A stretch of 34,053 nucleotides of DNA from Phoronis australis. Lineage: Eukaryota; Animalia; Phoronida. A program made the translations under genes and the position numbers. Shown piece after piece: positions 22,941 through 34,053 of the stretch. Position 1 is the first letter of the stretch. Each line of letters begins with the position of its first letter. The notes under the pieces were generated by a model. The model worked only from the letters and a program-made list of their open reading frames with translations, was not told the DNA's origin and ran no database searches. The DNA lies in NCBI GenBank assembly GCA_002633005.1, contig NMRA01000107.1:356831-390883 (forward strand), written 5' to 3'.

Positions 22941-25064
22941 CTCTTGTCAAACACACATGCTCTGGCACCAACACGGTGGGACACTTCGTACAATTCATAT
23001 AGTAATACCTGTAAATCCATCTGTGTCTCCTCAGGCAGCACAGCTTGTCATTTTGGCTACTTCGTACACTAATACCTGCAAACTGCTTATATTGTCTTCT
23101 GTAAGTTCACTTTTTGAATTACTTTGGGATGAATCTCAACAAGTTAAGCTTACACTGTAATGACTTGGAAAGTTGTTGTATTAAGAAAATCTGAACCATT
23201 GTACCAGAAGCTTGCTATGGAAAGTTGTACTTAAGAATTAAAGTTGAAATGTGATAAATAGTTCTGTGTCTATTACACTTTTCTTGTTTTCATGATCTAT
23301 TCTCAAAACATTGCTAAAGAGCTTTACTGTTCCTGTTGGCAAAAGTTGAATATAGTATGCCCACATTTAAAGAACCAGTTTCATGCTTGTTATTTGGTGG
23401 AGAAAACTGGTTCTCAAATGCGACTATTACCATTGCTGTCTGCTAAGTTGCAACTTAAAGTTTCAGTAACTGCAACAAACTACTGACTGTACAAGCTTAG
23501 GTGTATATGTCTTGCAAATATGTAGGTATCTTGTTATCCTTAGTTTTCTAACAATCTCACCATGTTTTTGCACTAAATATTTTATACATTATATAGATTT
23601 CCAAGGGACGCCTTTGAAAATAACTGATTTTGATAATAACTGCAACTGTAAAGAAATCATTGGAAATTGTTTGTTACTTTGAGAATCTAATCACTAGATT
23701 TTAAATTCCTAAGTTTTGGTTTATCAGCGTTCTCAGTTGATAGTATATGTATGTCTCAAAAAGTGATTGTGAGGAAAATAATGTGATTCTGTCTGAAGAC
23801 TAGTTTAGGCTTTGATAATGTCTTGTGAAGGTGTGCAATGATCCAACTGTTAGAAATAGCGAGTGTCTAGCTAGCAGTTCACCAAAGATGCAATAATTGT
23901 TAATTCATTTTAGTTGATTGCTTTTAAACGTTGACGCACTTGAATGTACATATTTCACATTTTAAGGGCTATTTAGCAATGGGTAAACTGCATGTATTTT
24001 TATGTGTATTACAATTTTTAAAAAGTTTTTTGTGATGCTTTGTATTAGTTGTTAGCGTTGGTGACTGGCTTTAGTCTGTTTAGTCTCTTGCAGCACTACA
24101 AGGTCCTTTCATTATGCAGTGTGGTTGACAACATTCACAGCATTATATTGCGGTGTCAAATGCCATCTCAGCTAAACAGGAAAGGACAAATGTAGCCATT
24201 CAGACTAATTCCAAGTTGTAATGTTCATTAAGTTATTGTGCTTTATCAGTGTCGAGACCATCGTGGGAGATTGTCAATCACGATTACATTTCCTTCGTTT
24301 TGAACGGCAGAGAAACGTGTTAAAGGTTACTTCTGTGACTTTCATGTTAGGAATATCTAGTCGCTGAAGTGTTTCCAGATTAGTGACAATGATTCCCACT
24401 TCAATGATACTGCAGGTTTTAAATTTGTGTCAATGGTCTTCATCGATAGATTTAGTTGTGATGAAGAATAGTTAGTTTTTACTGTTGAAGTGTTGTTAGT
24501 TGTTGCCAGGTTACGCCTCGTTGATATTGTAAGGTTGAATGTTGTCTTGTATAATGAAACCAGCTCTTGACTGCCAAAAGTTGTACAGCTGTATTGATGT
24601 ACCAGGGTTTCTTATTGGGTAATTATGGTGGGTACAGAATGTACCAAGGTTCGTGATTGGTGCATCCTGGCATCCTGTAGACTACCTGTTAACCTACCTG
24701 TTTGTAGCATGCAGTATTTTGAAGATTGTAGATAACGTTAAGTGTTGTTTCTTTTAGTGGATTGTTATTAACTACGTTGATTTTACTGTTATACACGTTA
24801 TGACGTAGACTATTTTAAATGTTATTGTTGACTGTAGTCAGTTCAATACCAGCGATTTTCCTTAAGGTTCAAGTAATGCTAAGATGTGATAGGGTGCTTG
24901 TCTGATTCCTGCACTCTTGACTGCTAAAAATGGAATACTCAGTAAGTGCCAAAGTTACGATTAGCGTACCTCCACTTCCCTTTGGTTGATCCCACTGACC
25001 TCAAGTTGGAATTTCTATTTGTATTTTGCACCATCACCCTTTCTGGAATGTTTCAATATAATGA

Positions 25065-25070
25065 AATAAA
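25065..25070 (+). terminator. Probable TMEM38 polyadenylation signal (AATAAA; a second one at 25124-25129)
   Basis: AATAAA at the point where the + strand changes from T/G-rich to A/C-rich. Confidence 0.5.
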
Positions 25071-26541
25071 ACACAAAAAACTATTCACTTAATTTTTTTC
25101 AGTCACAGCACATATACACGTAAAATAAAATTTGTCACTGTAGCAACAAAAGACATACTGATTTCAAGATCCATTTGAAATTAATATGCAGAGCATTTAA
25201 AAAAATGTACCCATAATTTAAAATGGCCAAATCTGCGACCACAAACCACTCGGCAGATTTTCAAAACATTACATCGTTTGTACCCACGAGGTAACATTTA
25301 CTGTATACATTTATGCACATTTTGTATCACAAGCACCAAAAATGCGAAAATGAGCGTTTACATGAGATCTGACGAGCCATCGTCGAGTCCAACAAACATG
25401 GTTTGTACAGGCTGCTCTTGCTCCTATCTAATATTTCATACTATTTAACATTGCTGGCAGAAGCTTGAAAAAGTCTGAAGTGCCCAACGAAATGTCGCTT
25501 TCTCAAATCCAGGAAAGTATTATGATTTTTCAGTATCATATTTCAACACAAGACAAATGACCTCTATCCATTAATAAACTTTTTGTAACACTGAAATGTG
25601 CTTTCAAATCTGGTTTGTCATTTTGAAATATTCAAGAAAGCTGCTTCAGCAGATTTTACTAACCTCTGTTTGCTTAGTCTCGTTAATTTTAATATCAACA
25701 TTAACAGATCACAAACGCTACTGAATCATAGTGTTCTACAGACAACAACAACGAGTATTTGTTGGGCTTACACAAATACTTGTACCATTATTGGTAGTCT
25801 ACAGCCAGTCTTTATCTGTGAGTAAGACAAAAACAACACCACTAGTAGATAGACTTGAACATTAGAAGTAATACATTGTACATAATACATCTGATTACAC
25901 TTCCAACACTAGACCCTACAATGAACAAAGTTCGTTCACCAAGAGTGCAAGTTTTACTTATCACCTCAACTCAAAATGTATGCAACAATGAAACCAATTT
26001 AACGTTTTCAGTTCCACTCAATATGTAATGAACATACTTTAATCTCTCAAAATAAAAAAATTAACTCCAGTAAGGAACACCAGAAGTAACAACAAATTCC
26101 ATAGTCTCAAATTAGTAAACTCGACACAAATTAAATGAAAAAACAATTCTCTCAGACTTAACATGGAAGGTAATACATTTCTAGTTATTTTGTATTTCCA
26201 AATTCCACACTTATGGCGATTTTATCAATTTATAAACTATCATTCCAACACGTATACATGCCAGTTTCAGAAAATTGAATTTGTTAAACATACATAATTA
26301 AACAATTCACACAACGCATATTTATGTGAACAGTAATGTTACTATTTTACATGAACTGATAAAATTAATATTGTCATTCCATGACTTCAATAATCTGGCA
26401 AGTTTAGCAGAAGTGAAGGTGGTTTCAAGACAAGAACATAATCTCTCGGATGTTGTCATGGCTACGTAATCTAACAACTATGTTCTAACATTTATGACTA
26501 TTATACTTCACAAACAAACATTGCACATTTTAGGCCACAAC

Positions 26542-26680
26542 GTGGAATATGACACATGAATAATCAGTTCTCGAGCACTGCCATAGGTCATCCCCCCCAG
26601 TGGGATAAGACACGTGACTGACTAATCAGTTCCCGTCCACTGTCCTGGTTCCCCCTCCAAAGTGGGATATGACATGCACA
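26542..26680. repeat. Degenerate ~60-bp tandem repeat (about 2.3 copies) in the presumed MFSD14 3' UTR
   Basis: Recurring GTGGxATAxGACA...TAATCAGTTC...CACTG...CCCCC blocks. Confidence 0.6.
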
Positions 26681-26810
26681 ATACCTGCACACTGTAACCT
26701 CTGACTCACAGTAGCACAGGGCTAAACAACAATCAATCTGTGTCGTGCACCATGTTTTCGAACTGATTAGACCGTTACATCAAGTCACACACCAGTAATG
26801 TCCCCATTTG

Positions 26811-26872
26811 TCATGCCTTGTCGTGACTGTTTATCAGGGGTTGTTCTAGCTCATGCAGCCTGTGGCGATCAC
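26811..26872 (-). CDS. MFSD14A: MFSD14 terminal coding exon (G-DRHRLHELEQPLINSHDKA*)
   Basis: Acceptor TTACAG|, phase 1, TGA at 26813-26811. EQPLI resembles the family's C-terminal acidic dileucine-like motif. Confidence 0.75.
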
Positions 26873-29800
26873 CTGTAACCAAGACAACGTGACGAGGTCA
26901 TTTCTGTACACTATTGTGTTTCTTGCACTTCTACTCTTATAGTAAAAGTAACTAAGACCTCAGAGCCCTTGTGTAATACTGGTGTTAATGGAACAGGAAA
27001 AAATTGGAAATATTCAAGGATTCCTAACTGTTATTCATGAAATAAGAAATACAAACAGTCTCTTGACCTTTTCATAAACAAAACATTGTGAGATGTGGCA
27101 GATACAAGAGTAGAGGCAAAGTGACATAAGAGGGAACAGCACTTATCTCAATTAGCTCAAAACTGGTAGCTGCCATTACCTCCAAAATGCTTCGGGGCAG
27201 GTTGAATAGTGCAGAATTTCATGGAAATCTAAACGAAGGTCAAGATACGACAGGACAATCAGAAAAATAGCCACCAGGGGTGGTACAGTAGTCCAATCTG
27301 CCTGAAAGTCAACTGGTAACATGTTATTATTTCAAATGAACTTTTATCATGGAAATGAACAATTGATAAAAAAAATAAATTGTGCAGGGTTTCAGGTAGC
27401 CTTGTGAAAGAGCTCACAGTCATGTCAAGTTTAGGGTATACCTGAATGGCCTTGCATGACGCGAGTTCATCTGGTCTGGCTTGGGTACAGCCCAAACCAT
27501 TTTGTATGTACTCAAAATTGTGTTTGTGTATTCAGCTCTCAGGCTCTGAGTACACCCCAAATCATTTTTGGGGTACTCATAAAATTGTGTTTGTGTATTC
27601 AGTTTTGAAGCTCTGGGTACACCCCCAACCATTTTGGGTGTACTTATAAAATTGTGTTGGTGTATTCTGCTCTCAGGCTCTGAGTACACTCCAAATCATT
27701 TTCGGTGTACTNTTTGTTAGGCAACTCTAATCTTAATGTCACCGACACAGTGTGAAGAGTGTGAAATTGTATGTCATCCACTGAACAAAGACTTGCAGTG
27801 TTCTCAGGAATTTCTCAAGAAAGGTTAAAGGTCAACTTAAGATGGTCTATCACCACAAAATTGCGATATGAAAGAACACCCATGGCATAAACAAAAGGAA
27901 GTCTTACTCTTGCGGTTTTTCTCAAATTGACAGATTTCATATTTTTATTGCATTCCATTTTCCCACGAGCCAAATCAGATGTCAAATCTCAGTTCCCCTC
28001 AAAAATTAACCTAACCTTAAAATTTCACTTTCTCATGGACAGTGACATCACGTCACAGTATCCAAAAATAGACGTTACACTTATTGTTGCGCAGTAAGGC
28101 TGAGTTTTTTTATTTCCTTTCAAACAGTTTACAGACTAAGAGTTAGGGCAATATCTCACAACATTAACTGTTGTCCACAAGCATTGACCCTGATCTTGGT
28201 ATAACTGAGTGATCAAGTCGTACCAGAATGGTGCCTGTCCTGGGAAGACCTCCGGGCGAAAGTCTTCAGGGTGACCATACTGTGTGGATTGGATGGTATG
28301 AAGTAAGCCACAAATAACGCACACATGACAAGGAAAGCACCGAAGGCAAATGGAGGACCTGGTAACACAGACTGAAACAGAAAATGGAAATAATTATGTA
28401 CTGCCTAACTGGGCTGCACATAGTTATCGATATGAACATAATCACGTTAAACCATTATGATAATCTATTAAATAGACAGAAAGAAATCAACTTTCTCAAA
28501 CAAAACCAAGAGTGGAAAATATTTCCACAAAGTCTGTAGCTATACACATATTTTGGTTGTTCAATATATATGTTCAGTCCTTTCAGTTACTTTGGTTGAA
28601 GCATCTGTTTATGTTTGACATGTGCACAAACTCTGGAAAATCTAGTAACCTTGTGCATTATCCTGTGAACAGAGTGACTGAACCACTTCCTAATACACCT
28701 ATTAATCATCGAATAGTGTCACAATGGGCCTACAGTATGAGACGAGAAGAAGAAGCATGCAAAACATATTCATGTTCAGAAGACAAATACATGGAAGAAA
28801 AAAAATATAGGATTGTGTAAATACTATGCTATTAATAATAGGAACTGTGAAACATTACTATGACAGCACAAACCACACCTACAGATAACCTTAACATTAT
28901 GTGAGAATAAGGCCTTGAACCAATGAGTGTCACTATTTTGTGATAATAGAACAATAGAAGACGAATGTGAGCATGACCATACTGTGCCCAGCACTGTGAC
29001 CAGCACTTTGCCAAGCACTGTGACCTGCATTGTGACCATTACTATGACCAGCACAGTGACCAATTCTGTGCCCAGCACTATGACCAGTGCATTTCCTTAA
29101 TTAAACAAACTTCAAAGACATGTAGAGTTATGTCAACCCACCTCTAGCACCCTATGATGATGGGAATGATTGGTAACGTTCACATCAGTAGTACTCTTCA
29201 CTCCCGTTGTTGTAGTCTCATTGAGTTGGTAACCAAACAAATAGAAGATGAAGCCAAACAGGGCAGGACCGAGCCCATTACACAGACCTCTGATGCCAGT
29301 GATGATGCCCTGAGCTACCCCCTGTTGGTCAGGTGCTGCATGCGATGACACAAAAGCGCTGATGGCTGGGTACGTGATACTAGACATGGAAGCCAGGGAT
29401 CCAGCAGCCCACATCATCCTGGGGGTAGAGGTAAGGAGTGCTTTATAAGAACACTATGGGCAAAGTTTTGACAGACGTGAGATTTGTCTGTTATCCCAGA
29501 TATATTTCAGTGCTAACTACCGTCTCCCTGATTCTACAGCATTATACATACCTTCCTGAAGTGACATTGATAATGTATCCTTTGTTAACACATAGCACAC
29601 TGATCAACAGGCATTCAGTCAGTGTTTTCTGAGTAAAATGGAACACCAATACAAGAGGCGGCTAACTGCAGAGCTAGACAACCATGTCACCGTGGCAATG
29701 TTACATCGTTAGTTACGGCCAGGGACACAGTAACTGACACTATAAGTGACAAGGACAACTAGCAAAATATGTGCTCGCAAAATAAATACTAAAACACTGG

Positions 29801-32800
29801 TAACATTTTTGTTATCACAGAGACAAAATGCTGTAAAACCAAGTAGCACGCAAATTTGCAAAAACTATTAATTTTACAATAAAACGTTTTACATCAGCAC
29901 AATTATGAAATCACTCACATGTAAATGTATAAATGCGTTGGTATTCCATTCGGAAATATCCCACCCATAATAAACTATCAAGTGTCATTAACATAAAACT
30001 CAACCATGGGGAGATACCAATTCACATCATCATCTAAAAACATCTGCAAACTGAATCTCTGAAAGTACTATTACAATGCCAAAGTTCGAAAAGACAAAAT
30101 AATACTTCTCCTGAATGAACATTGTGAGTAAACATTTACACAAACTATTTCAACACAAACTTAATTTCAGAGTAGGCACCAATCTCAGTTCACCAGCAGA
30201 CAGAACCTGTCATTGTCTCAGACCCATAACTGGCAACTTGAAAACGACACGAAATATTACAATAACTCACCAAGGCTGAGAGCCTAGTCCATACCACAGT
30301 AACTGTAGCATTTCAAACACAAGACCAATCACAATGGAGACCTTGTTGCCTAGATACTTCATGAGCTGACCTAACACTACAGTCTGAAATGCAAAATAAG
30401 AACTGTTTGTAAAACATGTACGAATGATAAGAAAACAACAATGTAAAAACAACTTTCATCATGCCAGCTTTAGAAATGAGAAGTTATAAGGAAAAGACTA
30501 TTTATCTCAGCCATACATACGACAGTCGACTTATCTAGGATTTCACACATCGGCTCCAACCCCCTCCCATCTGGGATAAAAATTGGCTTTTGCATGAAAA
30601 AAGGGCATTTTAAGCATATGACTTTACATATTTTATAAATTGCTCAAAGTCAACAATAACTAAACAGGCATGAAGTGTTTCTTCGTTGTATGGTCTGCTT
30701 GCCGAAATAAACTGGTTATGCGAATGAAATGTGGAAGTATTACTTGACATTAATGAGCAAAAGGAAGAAATTCAATAAACCATAGAGGGTGGTACATGAG
30801 CAAAAAGCAAGAAGCAGGATACAGTTGTTGGTAATGACTGTTTGCAACATTGTCGCTAAATAATTGACATTCATAAGAAGTTGACGTAAGCCTTAAAGGG
30901 GCACCATGCAATTTTGTGTTTGTCTTTGTTATTTGGAAATGATCACAAAGCAAGTCACCACACCTGGCACTCTTGTCAACAAATGCCCAAAAGTATTGTA
31001 GGCAAATGACCCATACTGACGTCATATGGTCATACGTCTCAGCCTGTTTTTCCAAGAGTTGGTTGTTCCAGATATGTATCGTTGCAAAAAAATGGTACAA
31101 CAATCTGCAGGTTTCCAAATGACCCAGGAGTGCTTCAACAGTGACTAGCAAAAAAAATGCGACAGTATCCACGGTTTCTCCTGCGTGTTAACTTCTGGGC
31201 GGCCCGCCACGCTCTTTTTTGGTTCCGCCACTCGTAAATCACACTCAAATTGACCGCCACACACCTAATCGTGACGAGGAATCTTCATCGCCACGAAAAA
31301 ATCGCTAGTAAAAATGATCGCAAGTAAAAATGATCACTAGTAAAATGATCACTTGTAAAATGAATCGCAAGTAAAAATGATCGCTAGTAAAAATGATAGC
31401 TTAGTAATAATGAATAAGGACAAGTCACACGGCACCTTTTGCCGTTTGTGGATCGAAAGGGAAAAACAATAATTTTACAACAGGATCTTGAATTGTGCCC
31501 TGGTTAAACACAATCATTCAATACCCAATTTCCTTTCGTACCTCGTTTCTGCCTGGTTATCCGACAATGCAAATAAACTTAATACAGCCGGGGACCAGGC
31601 AACGACCTACATATGAATTTTCTAAAATGGGAAAAGCGCCAGGGCTAGCTAATGAAGTAAGAAACAGTAAGATTTCTGATTCATTCATTTCATTGTGTCT
31701 AAGTTTACACAAGACATTGTGAATTATACTGCAGGGCAGGACATCCAACTGTTTAATCAACCATAGCCCTACGCCAAAATGACAATATTGAATGTTAACC
31801 AGTCTCAGATTCGTCTGCATTATACATCGTTTGCTAAGCCGGCCAATGCCAATCCACTACCGCTAATTTATGTTTAGCAAGACGATGTCAACGGAAGTTT
31901 CGTTACATGAATAAGTTTATTATGTCTACTAAGTTCAAATATTTTTTGTTCTATATTTGTCACAATTGAATTTTAACACATACTGTTTTTTGTACTCAAG
32001 TGCAACAGAGATCACACTATGCCGAACACTTTGCCAATTTGTCTTAGGAAGTATCCTTTACCCAATTACTTCCACTATCTCTCTTCGTTTCTCATCGTAA
32101 TGTCACAACGAGCATAACCATTTAACGTCAAAACTACAAATAGCGATGATCAAACCATTCTCTGACCTTGGCCGTCCCGCCCAACCATCCATTTTTGAGA
32201 TTGACTTGAGGAGTTAGGTAACGTAAATTATGTTGTAAATGAGGTGTGTCCATATAGTGACACAAATTACCAAGCCTCACCTGTGCTAGCACTGATAAAA
32301 CTCCTACAATTCCTATAAATAGAGCTATTTCTTCTTCATTAAAGTTCACCACCTGAAATGAAATGTACTTTGTCAACCTTTGGAATAAATAATATGCGTA
32401 GCATTGCTGAATAGACAGTCCCGTGGAAATGTTAGAACAATAAAGACCAGCCATTGGGTCACTACATATTTAACACAAAACAGACGGATACAGTGTTTCA
32501 GACACAATTCAAATTGGCCATTGAGAAATAAATCTACAAACCAGCACAAAAAATATTTGAAATGATTCTTGAGGTGCCTCCTTGTCAAAATTAAATTCAC
32601 CATGACTCCGTTATCAAGAAATATTGTTATAGAAGACAACTGAACCTAAACAATTACCAGTGTTGGTTGTCTACCAGCACTGACTGAAACTAACAGCAGC
32701 ACACTAGAGGTCAGATTCAACTGTAACTGACAGCTCACTAGATGGCAGGTTCAACTGTAACTGACAACCCACAAGAGGTCAGGTTCAACTTACTAATTTA

Positions 32801-33650
32801 AGGTAGACAAAAAAACACGAGTATTCTCCAGCTTCAGGAAGGTAAGATAAAAATACAGTGAAACACAACATAAGGATGAGCTGGTCTTTGCCAATCTTCT
32901 TTAAAGCCTGAAAAAGACAAAATATGGTTGCACATGCCCACTTTGGTTGATATATATTCTTGCTACATAATTTGGACAGATCATTAGGATATAAACGCAA
33001 CACCGATCAATGTTTTGCAATCAGTCATTTTCTGTATTGATCACTCACACATTCATATTGATCACTGCTATCGTAATTCTGCATTAATTCCTTTTGCACA
33101 ACTTTTTGTGAAGTAATAAGAGATCCCTTCAGCATCTCACAAAACTCAAAAATCTTTTTTAAGCCTCTATATGTCTCCGGATTTGGATGTAACACTAGTT
33201 TTAAATGACAGTAAATGCCAGCCTCCACCAAGGCACCACAGTTCCTTCCATCATGTTAGTGTACAACACAAAAGGTGGCACTGTGTTTCCTAAGCCAAAG
33301 TGTTTGGCCTTCAGAACCTGTATGCTAACTTACTGTCAGTAAAACCTATGCACAGTAAAGAACAGATTCTTCAGTTTATGGCACAACTTGGTGTCAAGCT
33401 AACTGTGAGCAGGCTGTGCTATATCACTTACACCAAATGGATCAGCTGTCTCCCACGAGATATGTGTACCCCATGAGGCGGGACGTATCTTCTCGGGTAG
33501 CGACTCAGGCAGTGCCACCAATATGAAGAGAACGTCCAACAGTGCTATAGAGGAGGCCAAGGCGATTACTAGATTGTCGCTATAGAGATGGGACAGATAA
33601 GTACCGATGGCAGGGCTGGTGATGAGACTGGCTGCGAAAGTTGCCGACAC
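26811..33650 (-). CDS. MFSD14A: MFSD14/HIAT1-like major facilitator superfamily transporter, 3' part: complement(join(26811..26872,28224..28371,29142..29418,30271..30383,32281..32352,32794..32907,33432..33650)); 5' exons lie beyond the window
   Basis: Seven GT-AG exons in continuous frame. Motifs match HIAT1/MFSD14: VSATFAASLITSPAIG, PESLPEK, SWETADPF, FLSYLPEAGEYSCFF, MSSITYPAISA, QGIITGIRGLCNGLGPALFGFIF and PGPPFAFGA. It is probably a co-ortholog of MFSD14A and MFSD14B. Confidence 0.95.
27482..27711. repeat. ~66-bp minisatellite (about 3.5 copies) with an internal hairpin in each unit, ending at an N
   Basis: GTACA...CATTTT...GTACT..AAAATTGTGTTTGTGTATTC recurs at 66-67 bp spacing. Confidence 0.85.
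28224..28371 (-). CDS. MFSD14A: MFSD14 exon (SVLPGPPFAFGAFLVMCALFVAYFIPSNPHSMVTLKTFARRSSQDRHHS-G)
   Basis: Acceptor TTTCAG|, PGPPF motif and last TM helix, donor G|GTACGA. Confidence 0.88.
28974..29090. repeat. Degenerate 12-bp tandem repeat (CAGCACTGTGAC), about 10 copies
   Basis: 12-bp periodicity of TGAC/TGCC-CAGCAC. It explains the spurious VTVL-repeat ORF. Confidence 0.8.
29142..29418 (-). CDS. MFSD14A: MFSD14 exon (MMWAAGSLASMSSITYPAISAFVS...GFIFYLFGYQLNETTTT...HHHRVLE)
   Basis: Acceptor CCCCCAG|, donor GAG|GTGGGT, 277 nt. Confidence 0.93.
30271..30383 (-). CDS. MFSD14A: MFSD14 exon (TVVLGQLMKYLGNKVSIVIGLVFEMLQLLWYGLGSQP-W)
   Basis: Acceptor TTTCAG|, donor |GTGAGT, 113 nt. Confidence 0.93.
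31297..31416. repeat. ~16-bp tandem repeat (TAGTAAAAATGATCGC), about 7 copies
   Basis: Direct inspection. Units vary from 15 to 17 bp. Confidence 0.85.
32281..32352 (-). CDS. MFSD14A: MFSD14 exon (VVNFNEEEIALFIGIVGVLSVLAQ)
   Basis: Acceptor TTTCAG|, donor CAG|GTGAGG, 72 nt. Confidence 0.93.
32703..32790. repeat. 34-bp tandem repeat (about 2.6 copies) abutting an MFSD14 splice donor
   Basis: Units of the form ACTAGAGGTCAGGTTCAACTGTAACTGACAxCxC. Confidence 0.75.
32794..32907 (-). CDS. MFSD14A: MFSD14 exon (ALKKIGKDQLILMLCFTVFLSYLPEAGEYSCFFVYLKL)
   Basis: Acceptor TTTTTCAG|, donor |GTAAGT, 114 nt. Confidence 0.94.
33432..33650 (-). CDS. MFSD14A: MFSD14 exon (VSATFAASLITSPAIG...PESLPEKIRPASWGTHISWETADPFG)
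   Basis: Acceptor TTTTACAG|, donor |GTAAGT, 219 nt. Confidence 0.95.
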
Positions 33651-33775
33651 CTGTAAAACATCAAGATGGGTCATCATAAATTGAGATTGAAAAATCAAGC
33701 ACCAATGTTAAATGTCAATATACCCATACCTTGGCATTGGAATACAAAAAGGCTTATTTACATGGACCCAGTCAC

Positions 33776-34053
33776 ACTGTACACATGTATTATGTGGACT
33801 GTGCACGTGTATTATATGGACAGTGCACATGTATTATATGGACTGTACGTGTTTATTATATGGACTGTACATGTGTATTATATGGACTGTACATGTATTA
33901 TGTGGACTGTACATGTGTATTATGTGGACTGTACATGTGTATTATGTGGACTGTACATGTGTATTATGTGGACTGTACATGTATTATGTGGACTGTACAT
34001 GTGTATTATATGGACTGTACATGTGTATTATGTGGACTGTACATGTGTATTAT
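33776..34053. repeat. 20/22-bp minisatellite (TGTATTATGTGGACTGTACA[TG]), at least 12 copies, running off the window
   Basis: Direct inspection. Units differ by a TG indel and by G/A variants. Confidence 0.95.

Noticed and set aside
30892-31650. TTAA-AGGGGCACC transposon-like end and a degenerate fold-back at 31496-31647; similar weak inverted repeats at 13481-13817 and 14310-14655
   Set aside because: No matching partner terminus or TSD, and the inverted arms are too degenerate to support a call by eye.

Overview
Animal (invertebrate, probably lophotrochozoan by inference) genomic DNA, AT-rich, with two convergent intron-containing genes. On the + strand is a complete TMEM38/TRIC intracellular cation channel gene (ATG 1126, stop 22940, 278 aa). 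On the - strand is the 3' part of an MFSD14/HIAT1-type MFS transporter (seven coding exons, 33650 down to the stop at 26811). The main discovery is that TMEM38 has two homologous 88-nt copies of exon 4 (14962-15049 and 15864-15951). They have the same splice phases and share only 12/30 residues, so they look like mutually exclusive exons giving two channel variants. The ORF track shows neither exon. The introns contain tRNA-derived SINEs, MITE-like elements, Helentron/HINE-like elements (one with its empty site visible in the window) and several minisatellites. A 2.2-3.3 kb duplication around an N gap most likely represents two haplotypes assembled in tandem. Most ORFs in the track are spurious.
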